NCBI GenBank assembly: GCA_028534125.1
Contig: CM052816.1
Coordinates: 97,032,001 to 97,096,000 of the forward strand
DNA: 64,000 bases
Source: Lama glama
Taxonomy: Eukaryota
Reading direction: 5' to 3'
Part shown: piece by piece, positions 26,100 through 37,545 of the stretch
How the letters are laid out: each line of letters opens with the position of its first letter
How positions within the stretch are numbered: the stretch's first letter is position 1
The notes under the pieces: generated by a model
Databases searched by the model: none
The model's input: only the letters and a program-made list of their open reading frames with translations
Told to the model about the DNA's origin: nothing
Program-made: the position numbers and the translations under genes

Positions 26100-27110
26100 T
26101 CCCAGAGGAGGTTCCGAGGCGCCCGCAGGACGCGGTCAGGCGGAGAAACGGCGGGAGCAGGACCTGCGTCTGGCTTGGTCCGCGCTCCCAACGTTCCTGA
26201 CTCTCCGGCGCCCGCACCTGACCCCGCGCCCAGAGGTGCCCTTTCCCCCAGCCTAGAAAAGGGTTCGGAACCAGGAGGCCGACGGAGGAGGAGCCCACAG
26301 AGACCTGCGGGACCGGCTCCGCTCTAGCAAACGCGGCGCAGCCGGGGACCCGCTCCGGGAGGCGGCGGGAAGGCCTCAGGGCCGAGTTCCCGCCGGGCCG
26401 CAGCACCGCGGGGCCAAGGTCCTGACCGACCCACTCGCCCAGCCCGGCCGGGGGAAGGACGCGGGAACGCGGAGGCTAGTGCCCTCGCCGACCTTGAGCC
26501 GCCTCCCCTCGGGCCCGGGCCGGGGGATACCCACCCGGAGAGCGGCTTTTACCGAGTACTCACCCGCGGGCTGCCCGGACGCTGGGGAAAAGCGAAGAAA
26601 CTGCGCTGCCTGCCCCCGCGCCTGCGTACGCAGAGCCTAGTGCTCGGCTCCCGAGACCAATAGGAAGCGCGGGAGAGGAGCTGGGCCAATCACAGCGTGC
26701 CGGACGCGGGGCACCAGTTCGTGCGCATGCGCGGATTCCTCGGGCCCCCCCCCCCACCGCGGCGCGCGCGTACGGGGGCTCACGAGGCTCCGGGACCTGT
26801 GAGGCTGCTGGGACCCCTGGCGCGCCGTGTTCGGTAGGTGTCCACGCGGGCTGTGGGCTCGGTTGGCCCGGCCGGGCGTGCGTGGCCTGAGGCTTCGCTG
26901 AGCGCCGGCGCTGCCTTGGCTCCCCCGGCTCGTAGGCCGCCGCACCTGCCCTGCCGGTGCTTGAGCGCAGGTCCCAGGGGCGCCGGGTTTGGGGACGCCT
27001 GGCTTGTGGCGTCCTTTCCAAGGAGACTGCGGCCCCCGAGGCGCCCCGGCCCCTCTGTCCCGCACGCTCCTCCCCACGTCCCGCGGCCGGGTGTTCAGGT
27101 GTGGACCTGC
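26100..27110. promoter_or_regulatory. CpG island and bidirectional promoter of MTRR and FASTKD3
   Basis: CpG-dense; CCAAT boxes at 26657 and 26686; NRF1-type TGCGCATGCGC at 26722-26732; divergent splice donors at 26563(-) and 26834(+). Confidence 0.88.
26564..26640 (-). other. MTRR: Probable MTRR non-coding exon 1
   Basis: CGG|GTGAGT donor at 26563 within the CpG island; TSS not determinable from sequence. Confidence 0.6.
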
Positions 27111-27301
27111 CGCCCACCTTCCTCCTGCGTTAACCAGTGTTTTACTATTTTTATTCTATTTCTTTTTTCCCATTAGCCAACTAGACCTCTTTCTTACTCA
27201 GTTCTGGTCAAATCCTGACTCTACGGGGAAACCAACACCTCGGGGCCCTTTAAGCGCATTTACCCTTGATTTGACTTATCTGAAGTAATGGTCCCTTGAC
27301 C

Positions 27302-27444
27302 TTATTTATTTATTTATTTGTTTAATTTTTTGGAAGGGGGAGTTAATTAGTTTGTTTTAAATTTTTTAATGGAGGTGTGGGGATTGAACACAGGCCCTTG
27401 TACTTGCTGAGCACGCACTCTACCACTGAGCTATACCCTCCCCC
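27302..27444 (-). mobile_element. tRNA-derived SINE (camelid Vic-1-like)
   Basis: Reverse strand gggggagggtatagctcagtggtagagtgcgtgctcagc...gttcaatcccc (A and B boxes) with an (AAAT)n tail. Confidence 0.85.
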
Positions 27445-27740
27445 GGTTGCCTTTTTTAAGTTAAAGCAAACGCAATTCCTTCCATCAACCAGCACATGGG
27501 ATCTGGACTGCCTGAGTTTGAAACCTAACTACCACTTATGAGCTGTGTCAGCTGGACACTAAGACATCTTTGTGCTTCAATTTCCTCACTTCTAAAATGA
27601 CATAGAAGTTGTGTTGTTGGGAAAACTAACAATGCTCGTGAAGTGCAGCATTGTCCAGCAAATGACAGCGATTTGTATTCTCAGGTCCACCCCTGGGTCT
27701 AAGCTCTCGGATGCAGCGACTCTGCTATTTGGTACTTATG

Positions 27741-28228
27741 TGTCGACTGAAATAAATGCACAGCCTAGAAGCTGAGTTATGTTTTATTGGCGGGCTTTTC
27801 CAGGGCATCAAGCCTGGGAGACAGTCCCTCTCAGATCGCTCTAAGGGACTGCTCCAAAGAGGGGAGGAGCAGGATATATACGAGCTTTTGCAACAAAAAC
27901 CAGGTAGTTGGAACATCAAAAGATTAGTTAATTGAAAACCATCTCAAGTTAAGGAACTTAGTGCTTTTCTTTGGGAGGGTGCAAGAGTCTGGGCTTGCTG
28001 AAATCATTCCTTTGATATGTACCTCACCTACCTAGGGCCAGTCTCCTGTGCTTTCCCATCTTGACTCCCCTCTGGGAGCACTGTTCCGGGTGGCTGCAGT
28101 GGCTGAGGGCTTGATGGTGAGCATCCTGTTTCCATCCTGACTCCCCGCAGGAGTGACTGTGATGTGATGGCTAGAAGGCTGCAACGTGCTTTGTTTACTG
28201 AAGTGGCAGGCGGTATTTTTCATTCACA
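27741..28228 (-). mobile_element. Solo ERV1-class LTR (MER41-like) in FASTKD3 intron 1
   Basis: Reverse strand starts TGTGAATGAAAAA and ends GTCGACA (TG...CA); AATAAA on the minus strand near 27783-27788; family assigned from memory. Confidence 0.7.
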
Positions 28229-28387
28229 GGTTCGAGTGGGAGGTGTTTACTGAGAAGCACTCCTTTTGGGTACTCATCCTGACTTTCATAAGCGTTGATG
28301 TTAAGTGAGCTATTTTCTGTTACGTTTGACCATGTTTTTAATTCTTTAATGTAGGTATAAATCCAGAGGAATTGAGAATCTGATGGC

Positions 28388-29825
28388 ATGGCTTTAATTA
28401 CCTTGCGGAGGAACCTCTGTCATTTATCTGATTTTCGGATACATGGAGCTCTGGCTGCTCTGAGAAATCAACGTGTGAATCATGTTCACAAGATAGTCCA
28501 GGAGCATCTATGTCCATGGTTCTGTTCACTGCCACCTGGGCCTGTCAGGGTCAGGTTCCGTCACGCCCCTTGTCAAAAGTTCCACTCGGAAAATGGAAAT
28601 GACCTTCCTCCAGTTGGTGAGCCAGCATTCTCTCAAGTACATGACAGGGACAGGTTTGAACAAAATCTTAAAAATGAGGATGAACAGATATCTTACAGGA
28701 GACTAAACAACTTCACCTCATCCGAAGAAGTGTTAAGTTTCCTAAGCACACTGCAGACTCTGCCCGACGCTGTGGCAGCAGGAGCCCTCAAACGGATTTG
28801 CGAAGTGGAAAAAATGGGGGATGCCCAAAGGCTGCCGAAAGAGATACTGGAGAACAGCATCTTTCAGGTTGTATGTGATCAGCTGGAACAGGACCCCTCA
28901 AATCTGTCAAATGCCACTTTGGCGACTGCTTTGCAAGCCCTGACTCTGTCGTACATGGACCCCCGAAGCAGCCTGCTGCCGAAACTGGTGGCCGAGTGCC
29001 AGCATCGTCTCGGAAGCGTTGGCCTGGACGTCCACAGTCTTTGTGTTCTGGGGGAAAGTCTGATTAAACTGCGGGGTCCAGATTGTTCAGCCGTAGAACG
29101 GATTATATGTCTACTGCAGGGTAAAAATTTGGAAGCCTTTACCCCTGAAGATGTTGTGACCCTCTATAGAATACTGCAGATGTGTCCCGACTCAGTGCAC
29201 GAACACCAGGCGTTTTTAAATAAGATGAATACCTTTTCTCTGTCGGTCGTTTCCAGCCTGAGTCCTAACTTGATGAGCCAGATGCTCACTGCCCTGGTGG
29301 TTCTTGATCAAACTCAGGCGCTTCCTCTGGTTATAAAATTGGGTAAACATGCGGTGAGGCACATCCCACACTTCACCAACAAAGAGCTGGGAAAAGTCTT
29401 AGAGGCTTTCATCTACTTTGGGCACAATGACAGGTTTTTTACAAAAGCCCTGGAGCAGCACGTCGCCCCGCTGTGTCTCACCCTGGATCCTGAGGTCCTC
29501 AGCGCCGTCATGGGGTACTGCGGCAGCAAACGGATTCTTTCCAAACCCATCCTGAATGCGGTGGCAGAAGCTTTTGTTTGCCAACCTGAGAAATTCTCAC
29601 CCAGCCAAATTTCTGAGTTAATTGAACCATTTGGAAAACTCAATTATTTGCCACCAAATGCCTCTGCTTTGTTTACGAAGCTAGAAAATATACTGTTAAC
29701 TCATTTCAGTTCTTTTCCACCCAAAACACTATTGAAACTTCTCCATTCATGTTCACTTATTGAATGCCATCCAGTCAACTTTATGGCAAAAATATTCAGC
29801 CCACATTTTCTTCAGCGGCTGCAAG
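28388..29825 (+). CDS. FASTKD3: FASTKD3 first coding exon (mitochondrial FAST kinase domain protein 3)
   Basis: MALITLRRNLCHLSDFRIHGAL... 1438 nt with helical/FAST region, ends CAAG|GTGAG; acceptor tgtag before 28355. Confidence 0.96.
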
Positions 29826-30508
29826 GTGAGTTGGCCATGACTTCTGAGAGTAGAAAAATTAGTGTTTGAACTTGTGATTTTTCAAGTCACGTATGTACCT
29901 TTTTTAATTGAGCAATGCTTTGCCTTTGTTTTTTCTTCCATAATGACCTAAAGATGAGATCTGAAGTTGCAGCTGCTAATATAAACCCAGAGTTAAAGAT
30001 GCTAGAACCCTGCATGGAGAGAGGACGGTCTTGGGTCCGCAGACTGCTGCCCTAGCTGAGAACTGAGTCCTCTCTCGGGGATCTGGTGATGCCGACGACA
30101 GTGTCACAGTAACACGTTAGGATCTTTGATGGGAAAGCAGCTGTATCACTCCCTTTTTTTTATGTTTGAGAGGATGATATTGTTTATCTTAATTCAGGGT
30201 CACCCAAACATGTTGAAATCTGGATCTCCATGGGTAAAGGAAATCCCCACTAATTCTACTAACATTACGTCTGTCACTTTTAATCCTATTTTCTGGTTAA
30301 GAGCTTGAGTTCTTGGAAGCCATATGAGATTTCATTGAGACAGCAAGCAAGAAGGCATAATTAGTTCTAACAAGTTCTTTCCCTGGGGCCATTTGAAAGC
30401 ACCCTAGTGGAGTGAACGAATGAGCAGTGTGCACTCTGGGTGTTCTCTTCGCTCACTACACGTGCCGAAGTCCCAGCTTAACTCTGACTGCGATGCTCTT
30501 TGTTTCAG

Positions 30509-30594
30509 GTGACGAACCCTATCTGGACAGACTGAGCCTAGCACAGCTGACCCAGCTTTTCTTAACCTCAGTTCTAGAGTGCCCCTTCTATAAG
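30509..30594 (+). CDS. FASTKD3: FASTKD3 coding exon 2
   Basis: DEPYLDRLSLAQLTQLFLTSVLECPFYK; tttcag acceptor, GTAAAA donor. Confidence 0.93.
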
Positions 30595-32575
30595 GTAAAA
30601 GCTTGACCTGCGTTGCTTTACTAACCTGCAGGGACACTTTTCTTCTGCCCCACCCCTCCAAATCTTTTAAGTTCTGTCTCTTTTGAGCTGTCTCAGTGAC
30701 TTCATTAGAAAGTAGAATTTTCATTCACTTGAAGTAAGTTGCCAGCAGAGAACTTTGTCTCTAATAAGTGGACCCCGTTCCTGTTATCTTGTCCTTGAAA
30801 GAGCCTTTTCCTGCTGTGTGAGTCTTCTGGGAAGGTTTTACCAAGTGCCGCGGGGAGAGGGGTCCCAGTGCTCCTAGGTGCACTCCCAGGGCTCTGAGGG
30901 GTCTCGGCCTTCCCCAGGGCTGTTGCGTGTGGTACAAAAGTGTGATCTCTGCGCGGAACAGTTCCTGAACCATTGCTGAGTATGTTTTTAAACCAAGCCA
31001 GCATTTTCACTCTTAAGACGATAGCATTCAGTTTGGGTGGAGTTTGTGTTTTGTATAAATTATCCTAAAGATGCATTCTGATGACTTTATCAGGCAGGTT
31101 GTTTAGGATCAGAAATGGCATCTGCAGGCTCGCTCCTTCCTGCCTGGTCCTCCGTACTCGCCTGAGCCACATTTACAAGCAGCTCCCAAACACTGTATAG
31201 TTATTTTCATGGAATGGGACTCTTCACACTACAGTTTGCTTTTTGCCCAATGTATCATGGACAGTCCTCGAGGGCAATACACACAGATCAAATGCGTTCC
31301 TCTAAAGGAGGGCCTGGTATTTCATGGTCTTTATTCTACTGCTCCACCATTGGTGGGCTGTCAGGCGTTTTCCCGCGGTTTGGATCAGCATGCTGCCTGT
31401 CATAAACATGCTTACATACCCTTTCATTCTGAAATCTTTCTGTTTTTTTATTCTAAAGACTAGTTTCCTGTGTGCTGGGTTACTGGACTGATTTTCGATC
31501 GATGTTGGCAGGCTTTTTCCCTGATGGTTGTAGAGGTCACATTCACCAGCAGTGAGTGAAGGTGACCACATCTCCCCACTTGCGCTGCAGTGTGTCATTA
31601 GTCCCTGTAATTTTTGTCATTCGACTCAGTGAAATGTCATGTCATGTGCTTGAGTTGCATCTTAATGAGCAACAGTGAACCTGAGCATGTTCTCGGGTGT
31701 TTATTGTCTGTCTATACTTGCAGTGAATTGCCTTGTTACACCTTCACTTCTGTTTCTTTTCGGTTGTCTTTTATTTTTGTTTTTGTTTTTTGTCCTAGAA
31801 CACATTGTAAAGCATATCGATTAACTATCACGTGTATTGAACATATTTCCTCCCGGTGTGTGGTTTCAAATTATTTTAGTTTTAATTTAACATTATTTAT
31901 GATGCCTTTTGCCGTATAGAAATCTTTAAGTTTTCTGTAGTCAACTCTATCCATCTTATATGATTGCTGGGTTTCCTATCTTGTTTAATAATATTTTATG
32001 ACTCCTAAGGCAAGATAAATACTTTACCAAATTTTAAAAAAGTATTATCTTTCTTACTATATTTAGATCTTTAGTCTACCCAGAATTGATTATAATCTGT
32101 AATGTGTGGTAGAACTTTAACTTAGTTCTTTTCCAGATGGGTGACCAGTTGCTAGCACCATATGCCCCACAGCTGTCCTTTTCTTATTGAATCGAAATGC
32201 CAGCTTTATCACATTTTCCACCATTAAAAACTTTAGTTGGATGTTCTCAAGTCCCTTAAAGCAATTCTCAGAGTTCCAAAGATGTTCCTTGAGCTGTCTT
32301 TGTTTGTTTCTTTCTTTTCTTTCTTTCACTCTTTCTTTCTTTCAGTGACTAATGACTGTATTTAAAACACATCAAAGGTATTTTGCACTGTTAGACTTGA
32401 ACCGTAACAAGAATATCTGGCATTGTCATTTCGAGGAAGACTCCTGTCCAAGTCCAGGAGAAGTGTCCTGCTTGCAGAGCCACCTCGGATCAGAGTTTAT
32501 ACTCAGGCAACCTTCGTTTTATTCTCTGACACTGTGTCTTATTTTTCTTTCTCGTGTTTGCACATATATTTTTAG

Positions 32576-32750
32576 GGTCCAAAACTTCTTTTTAAATATC
32601 AAGTGAAATCATTCCTCACTCCGTGCTCCTCCCTGGAGACCCCCGTGGATTTTCAGCTTTATAAATCTGTGGTGATTGGACTGATTGACCTTTTAGGAGC
32701 AAGACTGTATTTTGCCTCAAAGGTGTTAACACCCTATCGTTACACGATAG
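32576..32750 (+). CDS. FASTKD3: FASTKD3 coding exon 3
   Basis: GPKLLFKYQVKSFLTPCSSLETPVDFQLYKSVVIGLIDLLGARLYFASKVLTPYRYTI; GTAAGT donor. Confidence 0.93.
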
Positions 32751-33852
32751 GTAAGTAGTGGGGAGTCCGTGGTTCACTAAGTTCAGCCCGGTGCCGGCTG
32801 TGGGAGCACGTGCGGCTCAGCAGCATCAAAGGTCTGGAAACACAGGATGGGGCTGGCCCTTCCCTGAAGGCAAACTGGAATGGGGGTGGGGGGCAGTTGG
32901 GCCGAAGAGCCAGGACTGAGTGTGGGGCTGAGTCCCACATGTTGGCCAAAAAGTAGCAGAAGGACTTCGAGCATCCTTTTTGGGCATTCGTTTGCTTGCT
33001 CTCATCTGCAAGGTGAGAGCAAGAGGGATAGTGACCTCAAAGACTTGTTGAAGGACGAAGTGAAATAGAACGGGAGCTGGGGCACAGTAAATGCTCGGTG
33101 ACTGTCAGCTATTGGGCTGCTCGGGCCGGTGCTGCCCTGCACAGTAGCCACACTGCCAGTGCTGTTTAAATTTAAATACTTACAGTTGTAAAAATGCACA
33201 GTGCAGGCCCCCAGTCACGCTGCCCGCTGGAAGTGCTCCGTAGCAGCTATAAGCATTTCCATCATCACGGAAGTTCTGGGCTTACTAGGCAGGCAGAGCC
33301 CTTCTGCCTTTGCAGTTTTTTAAAATTGTTAAGTAGGAGACAGCTCAAAGAAGACAGGGTTCATAGGCTCCAGGTGGCCACGTCTCCCCCCTTCTTTATG
33401 GGCTCCTTTACAAGGAAAGAAGGCAGGAGCCTGCGGGTGCTCAGGGCCCACGTGTCAGGTGCACGCTGCTTCAGCTCCCTGGGGGCGCCGGCGCTCCGGT
33501 GATGAAAGCTGTCGGTGGCACTGGCGTCTGACTTTGTTTAACTCAAAGGATTTTCTTGCCTGCTCCCACCAGTTGTTACAAGGAGAGTGAAGTGTATGTG
33601 GGGTTCACATCCTGCCCAGATGCCTTGAGGGCCCCCTCCTTGTTTTAGTGCAGTGCAGCCTCCGTAGCTTGAGGCTGACATGGTTGGGCGTGGTTCTGAT
33701 TGAAGTTCTCACCGCTGTCTGGTGTGGTCATTGCTTTGCAGCCTTCTGCCCAGTTGATAAATGCAGTGTGGAGGAAATCAAAACGAGGAGGAAAGGAAGA
33801 GAGTGTTTGTGAGGGTATCACACGAAGAGCTTTTCCTTTCTTCTCTCACCAG

Positions 33853-33922
33853 ATGTTGAAATTAAATTAGATGGAGATGGATTTGTAGTGCCATTTACAG
33901 TCGATGAAGATGTGCATAAAAG
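33853..33922 (+). CDS. FASTKD3: FASTKD3 coding exon 4
   Basis: (D)VEIKLDGDGFVVPFTVDEDVHK; phase-consistent. Confidence 0.92.
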
Positions 33923-34260
33923 GTAGAGAAAACTGTTGTGGTTTATATGTTACAAGACTTGTCAAGGTTAATAAACAGGGATTGTTTTCTTAAGAAAGTG
34001 AAAAAAGTAGACATGATTGTGGAAATAAAAACACTCCGGCATACTAGTTTTGGAAATTCCATGTAACATTTTATGAATCTCAGTGTTAATAAAGTTGAGT
34101 ACTTTTTCACCTCATTAATGGATAACAGTCATGGTTCATTTGAAAACAGAATTGGCATGAAGGAATAGCTAAATCCCAAATAAACTCTGGCAACTAAAAA
34201 CATATACATATTTTGGATTGTTTTAAAAATGAAATTTCTCTCTCCTCTTTGGTTTTTCAG

Positions 34261-34375
34261 GGTAGCACTGTGCATTGATGGTCCAAAAAGATTTTGTTTG
34301 AATAGCAAACACTTACTGGGGAAGGAAGCTACCAAACAGAGACACCTGCGCCTGCTTGGTTACCAGGTCATTCAG
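34261..34375 (+). CDS. FASTKD3: FASTKD3 coding exon 5 (RAP domain)
   Basis: VALCIDGPKRFCLNSKHLLGKEATKQRHLRLLGYQVIQ. Confidence 0.95.
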
Positions 34376-35415
34376 GTATGGTTCCACCTATTTTTTTTTT
34401 CCCCGAAAAGCCATTTCTAGTTCACATTTGCTTTTTCCAGGGTACTAAGTGGTATGCCAGCCCAGTGGACTGGGTCTTCTGTCTAGTTTAAATGCCACCT
34501 CTGTTAATTAGGCTTAAGTCTCTTGAGTTATATTTTGAAATACACAATTTTCAAACCTTTTGTTTACCAAAAGGGAGCCATCCCTAAATTCTGTATAAGC
34601 TGTGCTTAACTTTGCTTTAAGAATTAGTAAATTATTGGAATATCTATTTTGTTTTAATTTCCCTTTGATCTAATGAATAAAATAGACAAGATGGCCAACC
34701 AGGTTCTTCATCAGCACGATGTGTAAGACTCTCTATTTCCACCGTAGCTCACTTAGCAAGGTCTCGAGCGAGGACTCGCAGTAAATGTACCCAGAGCATC
34801 TGCCTTCCCTGAGCCGCCCCCCAGTCTGCCCTCTGCTCTCCTGTCTGGTCACTTCTTTCCACTCCATCGTGCACAGACCCAGATTAATTTCCCTCCAACA
34901 AATCATGCCAGCGTGCTCAGAAGCGCTCATTGCTTCCTCACTGCTTATGGGAGAAAGTCAGACTCCTCCACGGGTCAACATTCCAGACCCTCCGAGGTGG
35001 GCCCGCAGCCAGGCTCTCCGCTCCGAGCTCGGTGGTCTCCTCCCTCCTCTTCCTCTTCTTCCTCTGCCCCCCTGTTCCAGGGGTCCCCACCGCTCTGAGT
35101 GTCTAAATCCTGGTCGTTCATCAGCTCCCAGCTCAGGCCGACCTTTCATCCTATCTGAAATTTGACTCCCTCTCAAAACTAGAGCACCGATATTCTTTGC
35201 ATGTTTTGTTTTGTATTACTGTTTACTCTTTGTATTTATTGTATATTTTAGGTTGGCACCTAATTTGTAAGCTCCTGGAGGACTGCGATCGTGTCTGATT
35301 CTCATTTAGGTATCCCACTGACAGGTGGAGCCCCTGCCAGCCAGGGGCTCCAGCACTGGGCACACCTTTCAGATTACAGAGGACCATGATGCACTTTATT
35401 TTCCTCTCTTTACAG

Positions 35416-35523
35416 ATTCCCTATTATGAGATTGAGATGCTAAAATCAAGACTTGAATTAGTGGAATACTTACAAAGAAAACTATTTTCTCAAAACTTTG
35501 GCAGACATTGGTATCAAGAATGA
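35416..35523 (+). CDS. FASTKD3: FASTKD3 last coding exon
   Basis: IPYYEIEMLKSRLELVEYLQRKLFSQNFGRHWYQE*; total CDS 1992 nt, 663 aa. Confidence 0.93.
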   Translation: MPYYEIEMLKSRLELVEYLQRKLFSQNFGRHWYQE

Positions 35524-35723
35524 ATGCTGGCTTCAGAACTCAAAGTAGTGACAGAACTTGCAAATTAGCCATTTGTTTACGGACTGTGGTGATCTGGGAA
35601 GGGTCTCTCATTTCCTCGCACCGTGTATGCACTTATCAGTGGCAAATTTGAAGTTAATTTTAATCTTTATTTAATACTAGTGTCATAGATACTTTTATAC
35701 ATCAAACAGAATCAATCCAGTAC

Positions 35724-35729
35724 AATAAA
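35724..35729 (+). terminator. FASTKD3 polyadenylation signal
   Basis: AATAAA about 200 nt after the stop, followed by GT/T-rich sequence. Confidence 0.7.
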
Positions 35730-36149
35730 GAACGTAACGTGTAAGTGTTATTTTTAAGTCTTGTGTTTTGTGACAGGTAGCTGCTAACTGAAAATATACT
35801 CTTGAGAGACCTTTGTTTCCTATTCTAACAAATGTAAGAAAAATTTTATCTCCCATGTTTTTCTTTTATATTTTGTTAGAGGAAGTAATAGATGGTCAGG
35901 AAAAGGAGCAATGAAAAATAGACTGGATGTAAGCATATATAATTGTAGACTTATACAGAAATAACCCTTTAGTTAATAAGAAAATATTTTGTATTGGTAT
36001 GGGAGCTTTTTATGTTTTTTTTGTTTTTTTTAAATGTATCAAGATGTGAAAAAGCAGGGTTTGGGGGAAAGGTTTGATTGGAGGGAGAAACTTCTAAATT
36101 TTACATTTAGAATTAATTAAATTCTTCAGTTCATTGCAGATGCTTCATT

Positions 36150-36465
36150 GTCCTGTTACGTTAACATTTCAGGGGATAAAAAGGGTTCTTTACCCAAATG
36201 CAGTGTGTGTGCTGGCCGAGGGAGTGGGGTGTGGGGGCTCCGACACCAGCTGGGCATCCCACAGCTGAACTCAGTTCTGGCACCACCTGGAGACAGCGTC
36301 GGGCCCCACAGGCTGAGGGCGCAGTGCCACAAGACTGCCCTCGCCACCACCCTTTCAGATGCCAGTCACAAGTCCAGCTTGTTCCATGGCCCGTGCTTCT
36401 GACCAACTGGCTATAGATTGGAGGTTCCAATGACCCCCTCCTTGGGTTCCATTAATTTGCTATAA
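36150..36465. mobile_element. MER21-like LTR fragment
   Basis: gacaccagctggg...ccacaagactgccc...ttcagatgccagtcacaagtcc...gttccattaatttgcta resembles MER21. Confidence 0.6.
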
Positions 36466-37057
36466 TGGATTGAAATAAGAAATTAGTTAATAAACAGAAC
36501 GCTTGGGTAACCACCCCCTCAGAGCAGCACACAGCCCATGTTAGCTTCTTTTAGTTGGTCTGGATTTCACCCCATCGTGCTATGTAGTTCATGTTATCTT
36601 TTGGGGTCTGTTTCCAGAGTAGAAATGGAGACCAGATGAACGCTAAGATCATTCTGTAAAGTTTATGCTCTAATTACAGAGGAGAGAGAACCTATGAGAG
36701 CAAATGGAAATTAATGAGAGGAGAGGTGCCGAGTCCAGCACGCCGTCCATCTCTCTCTCATGGCTCAGCTCGCCCCTGGGTGTGAAACGCCCCTTAAATG
36801 TGCTGGGGAGGCAACGAGCTCACAGCTTAAAGAGAAGAGAGTCTTAACTAAATGGCCACACAGAGAGGTGATGGCAGTCTGTTATAAATGCTATGAAAAG
36901 ACAGCACAGCCTAAAACCTTCCCCCAGCTTTTCCATTGATCTAAATCCTTCTCACCCATCAGGACCTTTTTTTTTCCTGGTTGCTCTCATCGGAATCAGA
37001 TACTCCTCCCTCTGCACTTTTAGTTACATCCTCTGCTGAGCTTTTGTTTCATTTAGC

Positions 37058-37106
37058 CCTTCCTTCCTTCCTTCCTTCCTTCCTTCCTTCCTTCCTACCT
37101 TCCTTC
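37058..37106 (+). repeat. (CCTT)n microsatellite at an L2-like 3' end
   Basis: ccttccttccttcc... directly visible. Confidence 0.9.
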
Positions 37107-37284
37107 ACCAAACGTTTATTAGCGAGCTCTGATAATGCTGCCAACCCATTGAATGTTAAGAGCGCCCAAAGGAAGCCGAAAGGAGCCCCCACCTTGAGGA
37201 GCAAGGAGGGGGCAAGACAATACATGCGCAGGTGGTTGCAGCAATGAGCCAGCTGGCACTCCCCAAGCGGGAGCAAGACTCTGG

Positions 37285-37545
37285 GATGCACTGGACTTAG
37301 GCCTGCCTGGGGCGTGAGAGGAGGCTTCTTGCAGTGATTTGTGAGCTGAATTTTAGAGGAAGGCAGGTCACTGGTGGGAAAGCATTTCAGGCATCACTGT
37401 GGCCAGATGCACTGGACTTCAGGCCTGCCTGGGGCGTGAGAGGAGGCTTCTTGCAGTGATTTGTAAGCTGAATTTCAGAGGAAGGCAGGTCACTGGTGGG
37501 AAAGCATTTCAGAGGAATTTCAGAGGAAGGCATCACTGTGGCCAG
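37285..37545 (+). repeat. Tandem duplication of about 121 bp
   Basis: gatgcactggact...gcatcactgtggcca at 37285 and again at 37406, near identical. Confidence 0.9.

Noticed and set aside
26560..27176. 185, 146 and 112 aa ORFs over the promoter
   Set aside because: CpG-island artefacts with low-complexity composition
29826..29869. Tail of the 493-aa ORF suggesting a single-exon FASTKD3
   Set aside because: Read-through into the intron past a strong GTGAG donor; downstream exons complete the RAP domain
37285..37545. CRISPR-like or other prokaryotic repeat system
   Set aside because: Only two long units without spacers, and the whole window is spliced mammalian DNA
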